A stretch of 64,000 bases of DNA from a virus, in IMG/VR virus record IMGVR_UViG_3300047408_000076, positions 1,071-65,070 of that record; one strand, written 5' to 3'. Positions within the stretch are counted from its first letter, which is position 1. Each line of letters starts with the position of its first letter. Positions 34,657 through 44,626 of this stretch are shown piece by piece. Made by a program: the position numbers and the translations under genes. Below the pieces are notes generated by a model. The model saw only the letters and a list, made by a program, of their open reading frames with translations. It did no database searches and had not been told where the DNA came from.

Positions 34657-35182
34657 ACAGCGCCAACTCAGCCTGTACATTCACGTTGCCATCCTTGGAG
34701 ATGGGCGCGCGCGGCCGGTGCGGAACCCCAAGCCGGTCAACACGCGGGCGACGGCTCTTGCCCGGTTTAACCTTCGCACCCGCCTTAATCTCCGCGTTAC
34801 GGCGGCCGTTGAGCTTGCTGCGGTGGGCCAGTGTGCGGCCCTTGGTTGGTTTGGATAGCGTAATGATTTGCGATTGGCATTTCTTCTCGACATCAAACTT
34901 GTCGATTATCTTGCGCACCGAAGTCCTGATGATGAAATGCTCAGCGTGCGCCTCGTCGTCGTCTGTGGCTTTGAAAACCACATAAGCGTCAAGCCCGGAC
35001 CCGACATAAACGTCAGCAACATCCTTGTGCCGGCGGATACCTTTCGCAAGCACGCAGGAGTGTGGATCGCTTTGGACCGCCTTGCGCCGATCCGACTTGT
35101 AGGTCTTAAAGGCCATATCGTACTTTGCTTCCCGCAACGGGTACTCCGTTCCGTCTGGGGCTGTATAGATTCTCGGTTTCAT
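34655..35182 (-). CDS. Hypothetical basic protein
   Basis: ATG at 35182 with SD GGAGG upstream on the - strand. Confidence 0.6.
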   Translation of the reverse strand: MKPRIYTAPDGTEYPLREAKYDMAFKTYKSDRRKAVQSDPHSCVLAKGIRRHKDVADVYVGSGLDAYVVFKATDDDEAHAEHFIIRTSVRKIIDKFDVEKKCQSQIITLSKPTKGRTLAHRSKLNGRRNAEIKAGAKVKPGKSRRPRVDRLGVPHRPRAPISKDGNVNVQAELAL

Positions 35183-35699
35183 GGAAATCCTCCGTCTCGC
35201 GGCTGTGAGCCACCATGCACTTCGGCCAGCCGCATAGCCTCGTCCGCACATGGTGGGCGAATCACATACTGCGGCCAATCTGGCCACGAGTCAAAATTTT
35301 TTGCACAACCCCGAAAGATGGGACTCGACTCCCGTCCGGGAATCGGCTTCCATAACTAACAAGCCCGCTCGGCAGGAACCGGAGCGGGCTTGAAAGAGCG
35401 GCAGCTTTTCCAGCGAACTGCCGCGCGTGCCAGACACGAAGTTGATAGCTTCTGTTGGCGTGACACACGAACTGGGATTTCGCATGTACCTCTCAAATAA
35501 CGTAGCTTTACGACAAACGCAAGACCTCGCGGGGCCATCTTGGCCGTCCCCACTAGGTGTTGCGTCAGTTGAGTGACATAGCGGGCCGCTGGCGAAAGCT
35601 GGCGGCCCGTTTTGCGTCCGGGATTGATCAACCGGAGCCATGGGGTGTTTTCCAAGCGTAGCTGGGTTCCCCACCCCGGCGCGATTGCGAAGCCGTGCC

Positions 35700-35870
35700 C
35701 ACCCCTCTCTCTCCTCTCTTACTTAAGAGAGTCCTTCTCTTAACTGCCTCTCAACAAAGGAAGATTCAAATGTTGAAACTCAGAGTCAACCAAGAGTCAC
35801 TTCTACCTCGGTAGACCTCTTTCTTTCTTGGACTCTCAACGGACTCGGAGCCGCGCGAGTCCAAAAATCG
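35700..35870. promoter_or_regulatory. GANTC-dense, purine/pyrimidine-skewed noncoding segment; candidate replication origin
   Basis: 7 GANTC sites in 35729-35861 plus CT tracts, upstream of the helicase operon. Confidence 0.4.
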
Positions 35871-35909
35871 GGCCATGACGCGGTGCAATAAAAGCGAAAG
35901 GTGTTGGAT

Positions 35910-36110
35910 ATGAAAACGATCCCCGACGATAATCTCGAAGTCGATTCCCCTCACGAAGCAGCGATAGTCGAGAAGCTGACCGAGAGCATTTTCGCTTTCG
36001 TGCAGATGCACCTCAAGCGGCTGAGCAGCTCGCAGCAAGCCATGCTCGCGGTGGCCGGCCTGTCGATGTTCGCACTGGTGGCGGCGGCGCTGCGGGAGGG
36101 TAAGCAATGA
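35910..36110 (+). CDS. Hypothetical protein
   Basis: SD AAGGTG; stop overlaps the helicase start. Confidence 0.5.
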   Translation: MKTIPDDNLEVDSPHEAAIVEKLTESIFAFVQMHLKRLSSSQQAMLAVAGLSMFALVAAALREGKQ

Positions 36111-37777
36111 AAACGCTGCGCCTCGACCAGAGCACAGCCCTTACGGGGCTTCGCGAAGCCTTACGGGAGACGCGGCGGGTGGTGCTGCAATTCCCGACCG
36201 GGGCCGGCAAGACCGTCATTGCGGCGGAGATAATCCGCATGGCGCGCGACAAGGACAAGCGAGCGCTGATCACGGTTCCGGCGTTGGAGCTTGTAGATCA
36301 GACGGTTGAAGCGCTCTGGGAGCAGGACGTGACCGAAGTCGGAGTGATCCAAGCCGACAATCCAATGACAGATTGGTCGAAGCCGGTGCAAGTCGCGAGC
36401 GTGCAGACTCTAATCAGGCGTGGGCTTCCAGACGCCGACATTGCGCTCATAGACGAGTGCCACCGCTGGCACCACTTTTTTGAAAACTGGTTTGGGGGCA
36501 AAGAGATTTTCGCGAAGTGGCGCAAGATACCGATTATCGGATTGAGCGCCACGCCATGGTCGAAGGCGCTTGGCGGCTATTTCGACAAGCTCATAATCGG
36601 CAACACGATCGGCAAGATGATTATCGAGAAGTCGCTGGTGCCGTTCAAGGTGTTTGCCGCCAGCCATCCCGACCTGGATGGTGTGCGGTCGCGCATCGAC
36701 AAGGAGACGGGCGAAACTGATTACGTGCAGGACGATCTGCATGGGGCTATGATTCGGCCGAAGCTGGTGGCGGATGCGGTCGAATCGTGGAAGGCGCTCG
36801 CGGAAGGACGGCCGACAATCTGCTTTGCGGTCAGCCGGGATCACGCTGCGTGCCTCGCCAAGAAATTTCAGGATGAAGGTGTGCCAAGCGGCTACATGGA
36901 TTGCGACACGCCGTCACCGCAGCGCAAGGAGCTTCGGCAAAGGTTTTTGGTTGGCGAGATAAAGGTGGTCTGCAACGTGGATGTGATTGGGCTGGGCGTC
37001 GATTGGCCAGAGGTTTCCTGCATCAGCTATTGCCGGCCGACGCGGAGCGAGATGCGGTTCGTGCAGAACATTGGGCGCGGGCTGCGCATCTGCGCTGGCA
37101 AGGAAGATTTGCTGGTTCTCGATCATAGTGACACGACCATGCGACTCGGCTTCGTGAGCGACATCATCCACGAGGAATTGATTGATGGGCGGCCGGATAT
37201 CAATGGTGCGAAGCTGGTCGAGCTTCCGAAGGAATGTCCCGCCTGCCACTACCTCAAGCCGCCGCGCACGGCTGTGTGTCCTGCATGCGGCCACAAGACA
37301 GAGCACCACGCCAAGCCGATCCTGCACGACAAGGGCTCGCTCAAGGAACTAAGCGCGGAAGATATCGCTGGCCGTGAAATGCCGGTGGCGAAGAAGTTGG
37401 GCAAGACGCTGGAGGACAAGGCGAAGGTCTATGGCCAGCTTCTCTGGTACGCCCGCGCACACAAGTACCGCGACGGCTGGGCAATCGTGAAGTACAAGGA
37501 AATTTATGGCGTGCTGCCGTGGCCGGTGATCAACGCCAAGACCTGGGTGGAGGATTTCCACGCGCCCGATATGGTGCTGGCTTCGTGGATCAAGTCTCAG
37601 TTCATCAAATACGCCAAGCGCAAGAATCGGTGGGGTGAGAATGGCCACGCCAACGGCAATGGTCACGCCGATGATGATGGCGCGCTGAGCGAGCGTGGGC
37701 AAGCAATCATCGACCGGGCGCAGGAATATGTCGATGGCACGCTGATGACCGAGGCTGATTTTGAGGAGTTCCGATGA
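36107..37777 (+). CDS. SF2 DEAD/DEAH-box helicase with C-terminal zinc ribbon
   Basis: PTGAGKT, DECH, GLSATP, GVDWP, QNIGRGLR; CPAC...CPAC. Confidence 0.9.
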   Translation: MKTLRLDQSTALTGLREALRETRRVVLQFPTGAGKTVIAAEIIRMARDKDKRALITVPALELVDQTVEALWEQDVTEVGVIQADNPMTDWSKPVQVASVQTLIRRGLPDADIALIDECHRWHHFFENWFGGKEIFAKWRKIPIIGLSATPWSKALGGYFDKLIIGNTIGKMIIEKSLVPFKVFAASHPDLDGVRSRIDKETGETDYVQDDLHGAMIRPKLVADAVESWKALAEGRPTICFAVSRDHAACLAKKFQDEGVPSGYMDCDTPSPQRKELRQRFLVGEIKVVCNVDVIGLGVDWPEVSCISYCRPTRSEMRFVQNIGRGLRICAGKEDLLVLDHSDTTMRLGFVSDIIHEELIDGRPDINGAKLVELPKECPACHYLKPPRTAVCPACGHKTEHHAKPILHDKGSLKELSAEDIAGREMPVAKKLGKTLEDKAKVYGQLLWYARAHKYRDGWAIVKYKEIYGVLPWPVINAKTWVEDFHAPDMVLASWIKSQFIKYAKRKNRWGENGHANGNGHADDDGALSERGQAIIDRAQEYVDGTLMTEADFEEFR

Positions 37778-38040
37778 CCAAGTTACTTATGCGGTTGGCG
37801 CTACGCGAGGAGGGTAGCTTGTGGGTTGCCTATTGCGCGAAGGCCGACACCATGGATGACGCGCTCTTTCTCGGCTCGATCAGGCGGCGATTCGTGGATA
37901 ATCCGGTGCATAAGGCGATCTTCATGGGGCTCATGCAGGATGCGGTGGGCGATCTCATCGAGGAAGCGAGCGGGCAACGGCCGACATGGCCCTATGCCGC
38001 ACAGGCCGCTCCAGAAAGCGAGCGGGGAGGGAACGGATGA
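37774..38040 (+). CDS. Hypothetical protein
   Basis: ATGA overlap; SD GAGGAG. Confidence 0.55.
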   Translation: MTKLLMRLALREEGSLWVAYCAKADTMDDALFLGSIRRRFVDNPVHKAIFMGLMQDAVGDLIEEASGQRPTWPYAAQAAPESERGGNG

Positions 38041-38210
38041 GCTTCACGGCGGAGGAAAAGCGCCGCGAGGCTCTACGCGAGGTTGCTATGCGCAAGGCGG
38101 TCTACGCGCGCCGTGGTGTGAATCCGCAGGAAGCGAAGTACAGGATCGATATCATGGCCGAGATAGCCGACGATTACGATAAGTTGGCGCAGAAGGAGAG
38201 GCTGCTGTGA
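38037..38210 (+). CDS. Small conserved-looking phage protein
   Basis: REVAMRKAVYAR motif; SD GGAGG. Confidence 0.55.
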   Translation: MSFTAEEKRREALREVAMRKAVYARRGVNPQEAKYRIDIMAEIADDYDKLAQKERLL

Positions 38211-38413
38211 ATGAAACAACTAAACTAAGAACATGGGATGAGCCGGTGCTTGAAGCCACTGCATTTCAGATGGCCAAGTGCAGGCACTGCGGCGGCGTTA
38301 TTTTGATATTGCAGGCGCAAGACGGATCAGAGTTTGCGTTGGCGCATATCGGGAAAAATCCAAACGAGGTCATGGAGTGGATGGCTGATAGCTTCGAGGG
38401 GCATCTGCAATGA
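38207..38413 (+). CDS. Small protein with CxxC
   Basis: GTGA overlap; CRHC. Confidence 0.5.
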   Translation: MNETTKLRTWDEPVLEATAFQMAKCRHCGGVILILQAQDGSEFALAHIGKNPNEVMEWMADSFEGHLQ

Positions 38414-38658
38414 ACTTCGAGAGCCACAAGGAGTTCCTGCTCGCCGCCCTGCGGGCCGGGTCGTTGCGCTGCAAGCTGTTTGACGCGGAGCTGACCAGCA
38501 TCGGGGTGTCGCTCAAGCACGACATGATTAGCCCTGAGATTGCGGTGAAGTGGATTCGCGACATGGATTTGATGTGGCTGGTCGCGCCCGTCCCCGACGC
38601 GGTAGCGGCTGTCACGGTGGGTCTAGACGCTGCGACGCCCATTGAAGATAGCCGTTGA
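38410..38658 (+). CDS. Hypothetical protein
   Basis: ATGA overlap. Confidence 0.5.
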   Translation: MNFESHKEFLLAALRAGSLRCKLFDAELTSIGVSLKHDMISPEIAVKWIRDMDLMWLVAPVPDAVAAVTVGLDAATPIEDSR

Positions 38659-38821
38659 TCGTCGTTGCGAACTTCAGGCTTTTGGCAAGCTGAAGCCAGT
38701 GCCGTTCCAGCCTAAGATATTCACGTTGTATTTTAAGGTCAGAGGCCAGCGCAGCTTTGAGGCGCGCGAGGGTGGCCCCTTCCTCGCAGAGGATGATCTG
38801 GTCACGTAGTCGCGATAGCAT
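38612..38821 (-). CDS. Small helical protein on the opposite strand
   Basis: 69 aa, C.E.A.LA......REYLRLERHWLQLAKS pattern reminiscent of small rhizobial proteins. Confidence 0.45.
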   Translation of the reverse strand: MLSRLRDQIILCEEGATLARLKAALASDLKIQREYLRLERHWLQLAKSLKFATTINGYLQWASQRLDPP

Positions 38822-38960
38822 GGGCCTTCCCCGGAATCCCCGTCGCGCGCCGACACTCCCCTGATTCGCGGTTCTGCGCAACGGCAAAAATGGCCACTTG
38901 CAAAAGCGGCCAAAATGGCCGATATGTGTGCAGCGTCGAATCACAGAGCGGAGAAATCGA

Positions 38961-39770
38961 ATGTCTGACGTATCGCGAATGGGCGACAATATCGTCCCCT
39001 ATGCGGAAGGAGTGGTTGACCGGCTTGAGCTTGATTACGGCGAACTACTGAACTCGGCCCGCGACATACTCACTGATTCAGAATTGCTGCCGCGCAGTGT
39101 CGAGAGCGACATCGATGTGGCGGCAATCGCGAGCATGGTTGTCAAGCTGCGCGATATCGCCAATCGCGGCGACGCGCACCGCGTAGCTGAGAAGGAGCCG
39201 CACCTTCGCGCTGGCGATGCCATACAGGCGTTCTTTATGAAGCGCGTGGTTGAGCCGCTCAACGCCAAGCGCTTCGAGTTAGCCAAGCGCATTGATATCT
39301 ACAAGCAGCGGCAGCTTGCGGAGGAGCGTGCTCGACGTGAGGCTGAGGCGGCTGCGCTGCGCAAGCAACAGGCTGAGGCGCTGCGGGCCAAGGAAGCGGC
39401 CGAATTGGCGGCGCGGCGCGCCCGCTCGGCGGAGACTATCGAGCAACGCAAGGCGGAAGCCACCGAGGCCCGCGTCGAGGCCAATATCGCTGTCGCCAGG
39501 GCTGAGGAAGCGACGCTCGCGACCATGGCCTCTGCTACGCAGATCGTCGGTGAGCGCTTCGAGGGCGACCGCTCCGGGCTCGTTTCAATGCGCAAGACTC
39601 CCGTGGTCTACATTGATGATATCGAGAAGATCAATCTCGAAGCGCTGCGCCCGTACCTCAAGGAGGAGCATGTGCTCTCGGCGCTCAAGGCGTGGGCCAA
39701 GGCTACCAATTACGCGCGTGAAATGCCGGGTGCCACCATTGGCATGCGCGACGCAACGGTGGTGCGATGA
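38961..39770 (+). CDS. Coiled-coil protein of the recombination module
   Basis: SD GGAG; long Ala/Glu/Arg heptads; EKEPHLRAG..IQAFF motif. Confidence 0.6.
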   Translation: MSDVSRMGDNIVPYAEGVVDRLELDYGELLNSARDILTDSELLPRSVESDIDVAAIASMVVKLRDIANRGDAHRVAEKEPHLRAGDAIQAFFMKRVVEPLNAKRFELAKRIDIYKQRQLAEERARREAEAAALRKQQAEALRAKEAAELAARRARSAETIEQRKAEATEARVEANIAVARAEEATLATMASATQIVGERFEGDRSGLVSMRKTPVVYIDDIEKINLEALRPYLKEEHVLSALKAWAKATNYAREMPGATIGMRDATVVR

Positions 39771-39997
39771 GCGCGAAACTTACACAGGCTGAGGTCGCGC
39801 GCGCTTGCGAAGCGGCTTACCAGCAATTCGTTGGTGTGCCACCCGCGATGGCGGCGCTGGCGTTCTCCTACATGCTTCAGGGCTTCGCCAAATACATGGT
39901 CAAGGATTGCGATTCGTCGCTTCCTGAAGTGCGCCGCAGAGTTATCGAGTTGCTCGACCTTCTGGATGAGGCGAACAGCGATGAAAAAAATATTTGA
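39767..39997 (+). CDS. Hypothetical protein
   Basis: ATGA overlap. Confidence 0.45.
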   Translation: MSAKLTQAEVARACEAAYQQFVGVPPAMAALAFSYMLQGFAKYMVKDCDSSLPEVRRRVIELLDLLDEANSDEKNI

Positions 39998-40012
39998 CGT
40001 GACGGTGGTGCG

Positions 40013-40264
40013 GTGATGTTCAAGGTGATGGCAGAGCCATGCGAGACATGCATCTACAAGAAAGGCTTAGGCTGGAACTTGGAAGACCTCGAAGCACAGG
40101 TTAAGGACAAGTACATCGGCTTCAAAACATTCCGCGAGTGTCACCATGCCAAACAGGGCAGCGGCGTGTGCTGTCGAGGATTCTGGAATGCCCATAAGGA
40201 CGAGTTTCAGGCTGGACAGCTCGCGCAGCGTCTCGGTTTCGTTGAGTTCGTCAAGGGGAAATGA
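40013..40264 (+). CDS. Cys-rich hypothetical protein
   Basis: CETC, CHH and CCRG motifs. Confidence 0.55.
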   Translation: MMFKVMAEPCETCIYKKGLGWNLEDLEAQVKDKYIGFKTFRECHHAKQGSGVCCRGFWNAHKDEFQAGQLAQRLGFVEFVKGK

Positions 40265-40265
40265 A

Positions 40266-40496
40266 ATGGACGGGAAGCTCACGATGTGGGTGATCTACGA
40301 CCACCCGAAGGACTACCCGCACGATTGGGTAGCGCGGCAATGGAGTATCGGCTGGGAGGGGCGCTATGCGGCATCGGGCAACGCGCTGCGCTCCAACAAG
40401 CTCGACACGCTCCGGGGCCAGATGGTGAAGTTGGGGCTCACCTGTCTCGCGCGCTCACCCGAGGATGATCCCGTCATTGTGGAGGCGTGGGTATGA
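40266..40496 (+). CDS. Small conserved-looking phage protein
   Basis: WVIYDHPKDYP...R...DDPVIVEAW motif. Confidence 0.55.
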   Translation: MDGKLTMWVIYDHPKDYPHDWVARQWSIGWEGRYAASGNALRSNKLDTLRGQMVKLGLTCLARSPEDDPVIVEAWV

Positions 40497-41455
40497 TGAA
40501 GGGAGAACTGAAGTTTTCCAAGTGGAACGGCGGCTCTGTTGGTGTTGGCGGGCTCTACGAAAACATGACGTTGGAGCACTATCACAGCCGTGATGTTTGC
40601 GACGGCATCAGCATAAGTTCGTCGGGGCTGCGCACGATCTTCAACGACAGCCCCGCGCATTATTGGGCAAGGAGCGTCTACAACAAGGACCGCGTTGAGA
40701 AGGAACCAAGCCGAGAGATGACTATCGGCCGCGCCATGCACCACTTGATGATGGGCGAATCGTACTTTGCCGAGGTGTTCCGCAGCGCGCCCGCTCAAGT
40801 GCCGGATGCTAAGGGCAATCTGTGTGATTGGTCGCTGCGCACGAACTACGCCAAGGAGTGGATGGATGCACGCAGGCGAGAAGGAAAAGAGGTCATTTTC
40901 CCGAAGGAGGTCGAGCAGATCAGGGGAATGGCCGAGGCGCTGGGCGCGCATCCCATGGTGAAGGCTGGCGCGTTCAACGGGTATCCTGAGCGCTCGGGCT
41001 TTTATCTCGACAAGGAAACCACTGTCTGGCTCAAGGTCAGGCCCGACGTGATCCCGAATGCGAGCGGCGATTTCGTTGATCTCAAGACCACAGCCAGCGT
41101 GAAATGGAACGACTTGCAGCGCACGATTGCCGATATGGGATATGTGCAGCAATTTGCTCTCATGCGTGAGGTTTTCCGCAAGCTTGGATTCCCGGCAGCG
41201 AGCGCCACGCTGATCTTTGTTGAGCGAGAGTTTCCTCATTGCGTGAGAATCGTTTCACTGAAGCCGCAAGACCTCGACCGGGGCGAGCGGATGAATCGCC
41301 ATGCGCTGCGCGCTTTCGTGCGCTGCCTCAAGTCTGGCGAATGGCCGGGACCGGGAGGCATCCGCCGCGACGCTGAAGAGATTTGGATGCCGGATTGGCA
41401 CCGTGATAGTGTCGAGGCCAAATTGGCCTCATTCAAGGAGGAGGAAGCAGCATGA
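40493..41455 (+). CDS. PD-(D/E)XK exonuclease (RecE/ExoVIII, DUF3799-like)
   Basis: ISSSGLR, GRAMH, PERSGFY, KVRPD and VDLKTT motifs; upstream of the RecT-like gene. Confidence 0.85.
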   Translation: MMKGELKFSKWNGGSVGVGGLYENMTLEHYHSRDVCDGISISSSGLRTIFNDSPAHYWARSVYNKDRVEKEPSREMTIGRAMHHLMMGESYFAEVFRSAPAQVPDAKGNLCDWSLRTNYAKEWMDARRREGKEVIFPKEVEQIRGMAEALGAHPMVKAGAFNGYPERSGFYLDKETTVWLKVRPDVIPNASGDFVDLKTTASVKWNDLQRTIADMGYVQQFALMREVFRKLGFPAASATLIFVEREFPHCVRIVSLKPQDLDRGERMNRHALRAFVRCLKSGEWPGPGGIRRDAEEIWMPDWHRDSVEAKLASFKEEEAA

Positions 41456-41724
41456 GAGGAAGCAGCAAGAGAAAAGACCCCATGGCCCCAAAGGTCGTCA
41501 AAGTCGTTCCGATTGATCGATCATTCAAAGGACTACGCGATGCTTTGTTCGATGAGTTCGACCAGCTTCGGAATGGTAAGACGAAGCCAGAGCGAGCCAA
41601 TGCTTGTGCCCGTCTAGCTGGTGAGATCACCAAGAGCGTAGCCATTCAGTGTGAATTACTGCGGCTGACAACCCGCAATGGCGAGGTGCGGGAACTGGAT
41701 GGTGTGCGAGGTCTACTGCAATGA
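41452..41724 (+). CDS. Hypothetical protein
   Basis: SD GGAGG; ATGA overlap. Confidence 0.5.
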   Translation: MRGSSKRKDPMAPKVVKVVPIDRSFKGLRDALFDEFDQLRNGKTKPERANACARLAGEITKSVAIQCELLRLTTRNGEVRELDGVRGLLQ

Positions 41725-42185
41725 AGACGTGCCGTCTATGTGGCACAGCCGATGACTTGAATTGGAGACGACGGAAGCATCATATTCCCGAGTTTTGCTT
41801 CTTTTGCAATCACAGATACTCTGAGTACGAACGGAACCTCAGAGTGTCTTCTCGTCAAAACCTTAATCGTCTAAGTTTGGAAGAATACAACGTATACCAG
41901 AACCGCGTCCTCATCGACTTCATTGCACGTCGGCTTCACATATTGGCGTTGCGTGCGCGACAGGGGCTATCGATCACGCTCTGTGAAGCCATCACGCCGA
42001 GAAATGCGCGGTGCTCTAAACGGTGGGACAAGGAAGTTCGCGGACACAAGTTCTGCACGCGCCATGCCCAAGCCTTTCGGCGTGGCAGGGTGAATAGGTT
42101 CGCGCGTGAAGATACGACGTGGGTGGAAAAGGTCATGGCATTCATCAACAACAACGGAGAGATCGATGGCAGAGGACCCCCTTGA
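41721..42185 (+). CDS. Hypothetical protein with Cys motifs
   Basis: CRLC, CFFC, C..RW...FCTRH. Confidence 0.45.
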   Translation: MKTCRLCGTADDLNWRRRKHHIPEFCFFCNHRYSEYERNLRVSSRQNLNRLSLEEYNVYQNRVLIDFIARRLHILALRARQGLSITLCEAITPRNARCSKRWDKEVRGHKFCTRHAQAFRRGRVNRFAREDTTWVEKVMAFINNNGEIDGRGPP

Positions 42186-43434
42186 GAATCCCTCGCCCAA
42201 CGACGACGTGATTCCGCCTTCGCAGGCTGACCAGCAGCAGCAGCCGCAGAACGGCAATGGTGTCCAGCCCGAGGTAATTTCGGATCGCGTTCAGAAGGCG
42301 CGCGAGATGATTCCGGTTGGCGACCGGGGAGTCACGCCACAGACATACGCGCAATGGATCGATGTGGCGAAGGACGTTTGCCGTGCCTACCTGATGCTGC
42401 CGCAGCATCTACACAACAACGCTTCGGTAGTTGCTGGCCTCTTGGAAATCGCGGCACGCTTCAATCTCTCGCCCTATCTGTTGGCGTCGCAGACCTACAT
42501 CCAAAACAATCGGCTGTGCTTTCAGGCGCAGGCATTCGGCGCGATTCTCTATGCCTCGAAGCTCTTGATTGGCCGCCTTCGATTTGAGTTCCGGGGCGAG
42601 GGCGACGACATGCTTTGCATGGTGAGTGGCCGGTTCAAAGATGATCCTGATGTTATTCACAGTGCAACCACACCGCCGCTCAAGCTGCTCCACCCTGGCT
42701 ATTCGAAGAAGGAAGGCAAGGAAAGCATGGTGAGGGGCTCGCCGCTTTGGGACAAAGACCCTGAGCAGCAACTCGCCTATTTCGCTGAGCGGCGCTGGAT
42801 TCGGCGGCATGCGCCCGACGCCTGCATGGGTATGTATACGAAGGAGGAGATTGCCGAGATTGACGACTATCGGATCGAGCGCCACGGCGGGATTCCGCTG
42901 AGCGCCGACCGGCTTGGGCAACTGGATACGGGCGAGGGGTGGGGCGACGGCAGCCACCTTGAAATGGACTTGGCCGCGCTCCAGCCCGAGCGGCCCGAGG
43001 AGCAGCTAGAGGATAATCCAGAACCCGAGAATCCTGACCCGCCGAAGGGCCGGAAACCAGCCCCACAGCCGGCCAGGAAGGCGGCCCATGGGCGAAAGCC
43101 GATTGCGCGCGCCAAGGCGGTCTCTCCCCCCAAAGGCCGCCCAGCGAAGCCCGGAGGCCCGTCGCGGGCCGTTGTGGCCGCAGTCGTCAGCCGTGCCCAG
43201 CATGCGCCGCCCAAACGGGGTGCTCCGATACCGAAATGGCTGGACTACGTGACCGACGCCGAAGCCTGGATCAAGGGCCTGACGGCGGAGAAGGTCGAGA
43301 AGGCCGAAGCCGCGTGGGACAAGGAGCGTGACTATCGCGACAAGGTTCAGCTTCCGGTGGGCGAGCGGTCACGGCTGCGCGCCATGCTCGACCGCAAGCT
43401 GGCTCAGCTTCGGCCGAAGGAGGCGCAGGCATGA
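42166..43434 (+). CDS. recT: RecT-like ssDNA annealing protein with low-complexity C-terminal extension
   Basis: LSPYLLASQTY and W.KDPEQQLAY.AERRW.R.HAPD..MG.YT.EE motifs. Confidence 0.75.
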   Translation: MAEDPLENPSPNDDVIPPSQADQQQQPQNGNGVQPEVISDRVQKAREMIPVGDRGVTPQTYAQWIDVAKDVCRAYLMLPQHLHNNASVVAGLLEIAARFNLSPYLLASQTYIQNNRLCFQAQAFGAILYASKLLIGRLRFEFRGEGDDMLCMVSGRFKDDPDVIHSATTPPLKLLHPGYSKKEGKESMVRGSPLWDKDPEQQLAYFAERRWIRRHAPDACMGMYTKEEIAEIDDYRIERHGGIPLSADRLGQLDTGEGWGDGSHLEMDLAALQPERPEEQLEDNPEPENPDPPKGRKPAPQPARKAAHGRKPIARAKAVSPPKGRPAKPGGPSRAVVAAVVSRAQHAPPKRGAPIPKWLDYVTDAEAWIKGLTAEKVEKAEAAWDKERDYRDKVQLPVGERSRLRAMLDRKLAQLRPKEAQA

Positions 43435-43844
43435 GATTCGCCACCATTGAACCGGGTGAGGCGCGCTGGGCCGTGGTCGAGGCCAATGAGCCGCACGATC
43501 TCTACGAGCAGCTTGGCCTTGGCCACAATGTTGATCACGGCACGGTGGTGCCGCCGCACGTGCTGCCCAGTGGATTCGGCATCGCCATCGTGGTCGACGG
43601 CTTCGGGCTGTTCAAGCCGGTGGCCGAGCAGCGTTATTTCGCCATCGCTCGCGAGCTGTACGCTGGCAACGCCGTGCTCTACGGCTTCGATGAGGCTGGC
43701 GAGTGCGTCGATCTCGCGGAAATGCCGATAGTGATCTTCATGACGGCGGCCGGGGTCGAGGAGGCGATTACGCGCGGCCAGATCGACCGGCCCCGCACCA
43801 TGGTGAACGGAGCGCAAGTTTGGCAATGGCCCGATCCACCCTAG
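43431..43844 (+). CDS. Hypothetical protein
   Basis: SD AAGGAGG; IVVDGFGL and YAGNAVLYG motifs. Confidence 0.55.
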   Translation: MRFATIEPGEARWAVVEANEPHDLYEQLGLGHNVDHGTVVPPHVLPSGFGIAIVVDGFGLFKPVAEQRYFAIARELYAGNAVLYGFDEAGECVDLAEMPIVIFMTAAGVEEAITRGQIDRPRTMVNGAQVWQWPDPP

Positions 43845-43854
43845 AGGCAAAGCT

Positions 43855-43995
43855 ATGAAACAACGTGATTGTCCAAAGTGCGGCATGCCAATGAGGTACG
43901 TGGAACTGGAACCGGAGCCGGATGATGTTGACGGTGTCTGGACTTGTACGCAATGCGACCACACTGAGCTTGAAGAAGACGAGGCCGACCAGTGA
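43855..43995 (+). CDS. Small zinc-ribbon protein (46 aa)
   Basis: Translated by hand: MKQRDCPKCG...WTCTQCDH...; SD GAGG; stop overlaps the next GTG. Confidence 0.55.
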   Translation: MKQRDCPKCGMPMRYVELEPEPDDVDGVWTCTQCDHTELEEDEADQ

Positions 43996-44426
43996 AGCTA
44001 GTGCGGCCATATGTGTCTTTGCATGTCCGCCTTCAGGTGATTGCTTGGCAATTACAAGAATGCGGCCAGACCATCGATGTGCTCGCGGCGGCCGGCCTTC
44101 CAACCAGCGCTCAGCGGCTTGCTTTCATGCTCAAGCGCAGATTCGGCGACGAGAAGGTCCATCTCGACCATGACCCTCCTCTGATGCTGCGCTATCTCGA
44201 TGACGAGACGGGTGAATATGACCCGCCAGCCAATGACCCGCGCTATCTGATTTACCGCACCGAGGAGGATCATCGCGTCAAGACCTTCATCCGTGGTGAT
44301 GGTGCGCAGCTCAGTGACGCGGCCAAGCGCCGCAAAAAAATCAAAAGTGAGCGGCAAGATCGGCCATGGCCTAAGTGGCCGCCTGGGCGTAAACTACGGA
44401 GCAGGCCATTCAGGAGAGCGAGATGA
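43992..44426 (+). CDS. HNH-like nuclease
   Basis: HLDHDPPL...NDPRYL...DHRVKT resembles a degenerate HNH motif. Confidence 0.5.
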   Translation: MKLVRPYVSLHVRLQVIAWQLQECGQTIDVLAAAGLPTSAQRLAFMLKRRFGDEKVHLDHDPPLMLRYLDDETGEYDPPANDPRYLIYRTEEDHRVKTFIRGDGAQLSDAAKRRKKIKSERQDRPWPKWPPGRKLRSRPFRRAR

Positions 44427-44626
44427 AATCGCTTGTCAGCTACATCCGCGTCTGGCACCTAACCCAAAAGTACGTTGGCGACGCTGAGTTTATTACAAAG
44501 TGCTTGGAGCTTTGGGACCAAGGCAAAGACACTAAGGATATTTCGGTGGCCCTGTTCCAGCCCGAGCATGTTGTTGAAGCGGCGACGCGGCTTGGACGTG
44601 AACGACGCAGGCAAACGGAGGCATGA
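44423..44626 (+). CDS. Small HTH-like protein
   Basis: LELWDQGKDTKDISVAL...VE pattern. Confidence 0.45.
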   Translation: MKSLVSYIRVWHLTQKYVGDAEFITKCLELWDQGKDTKDISVALFQPEHVVEAATRLGRERRRQTEA

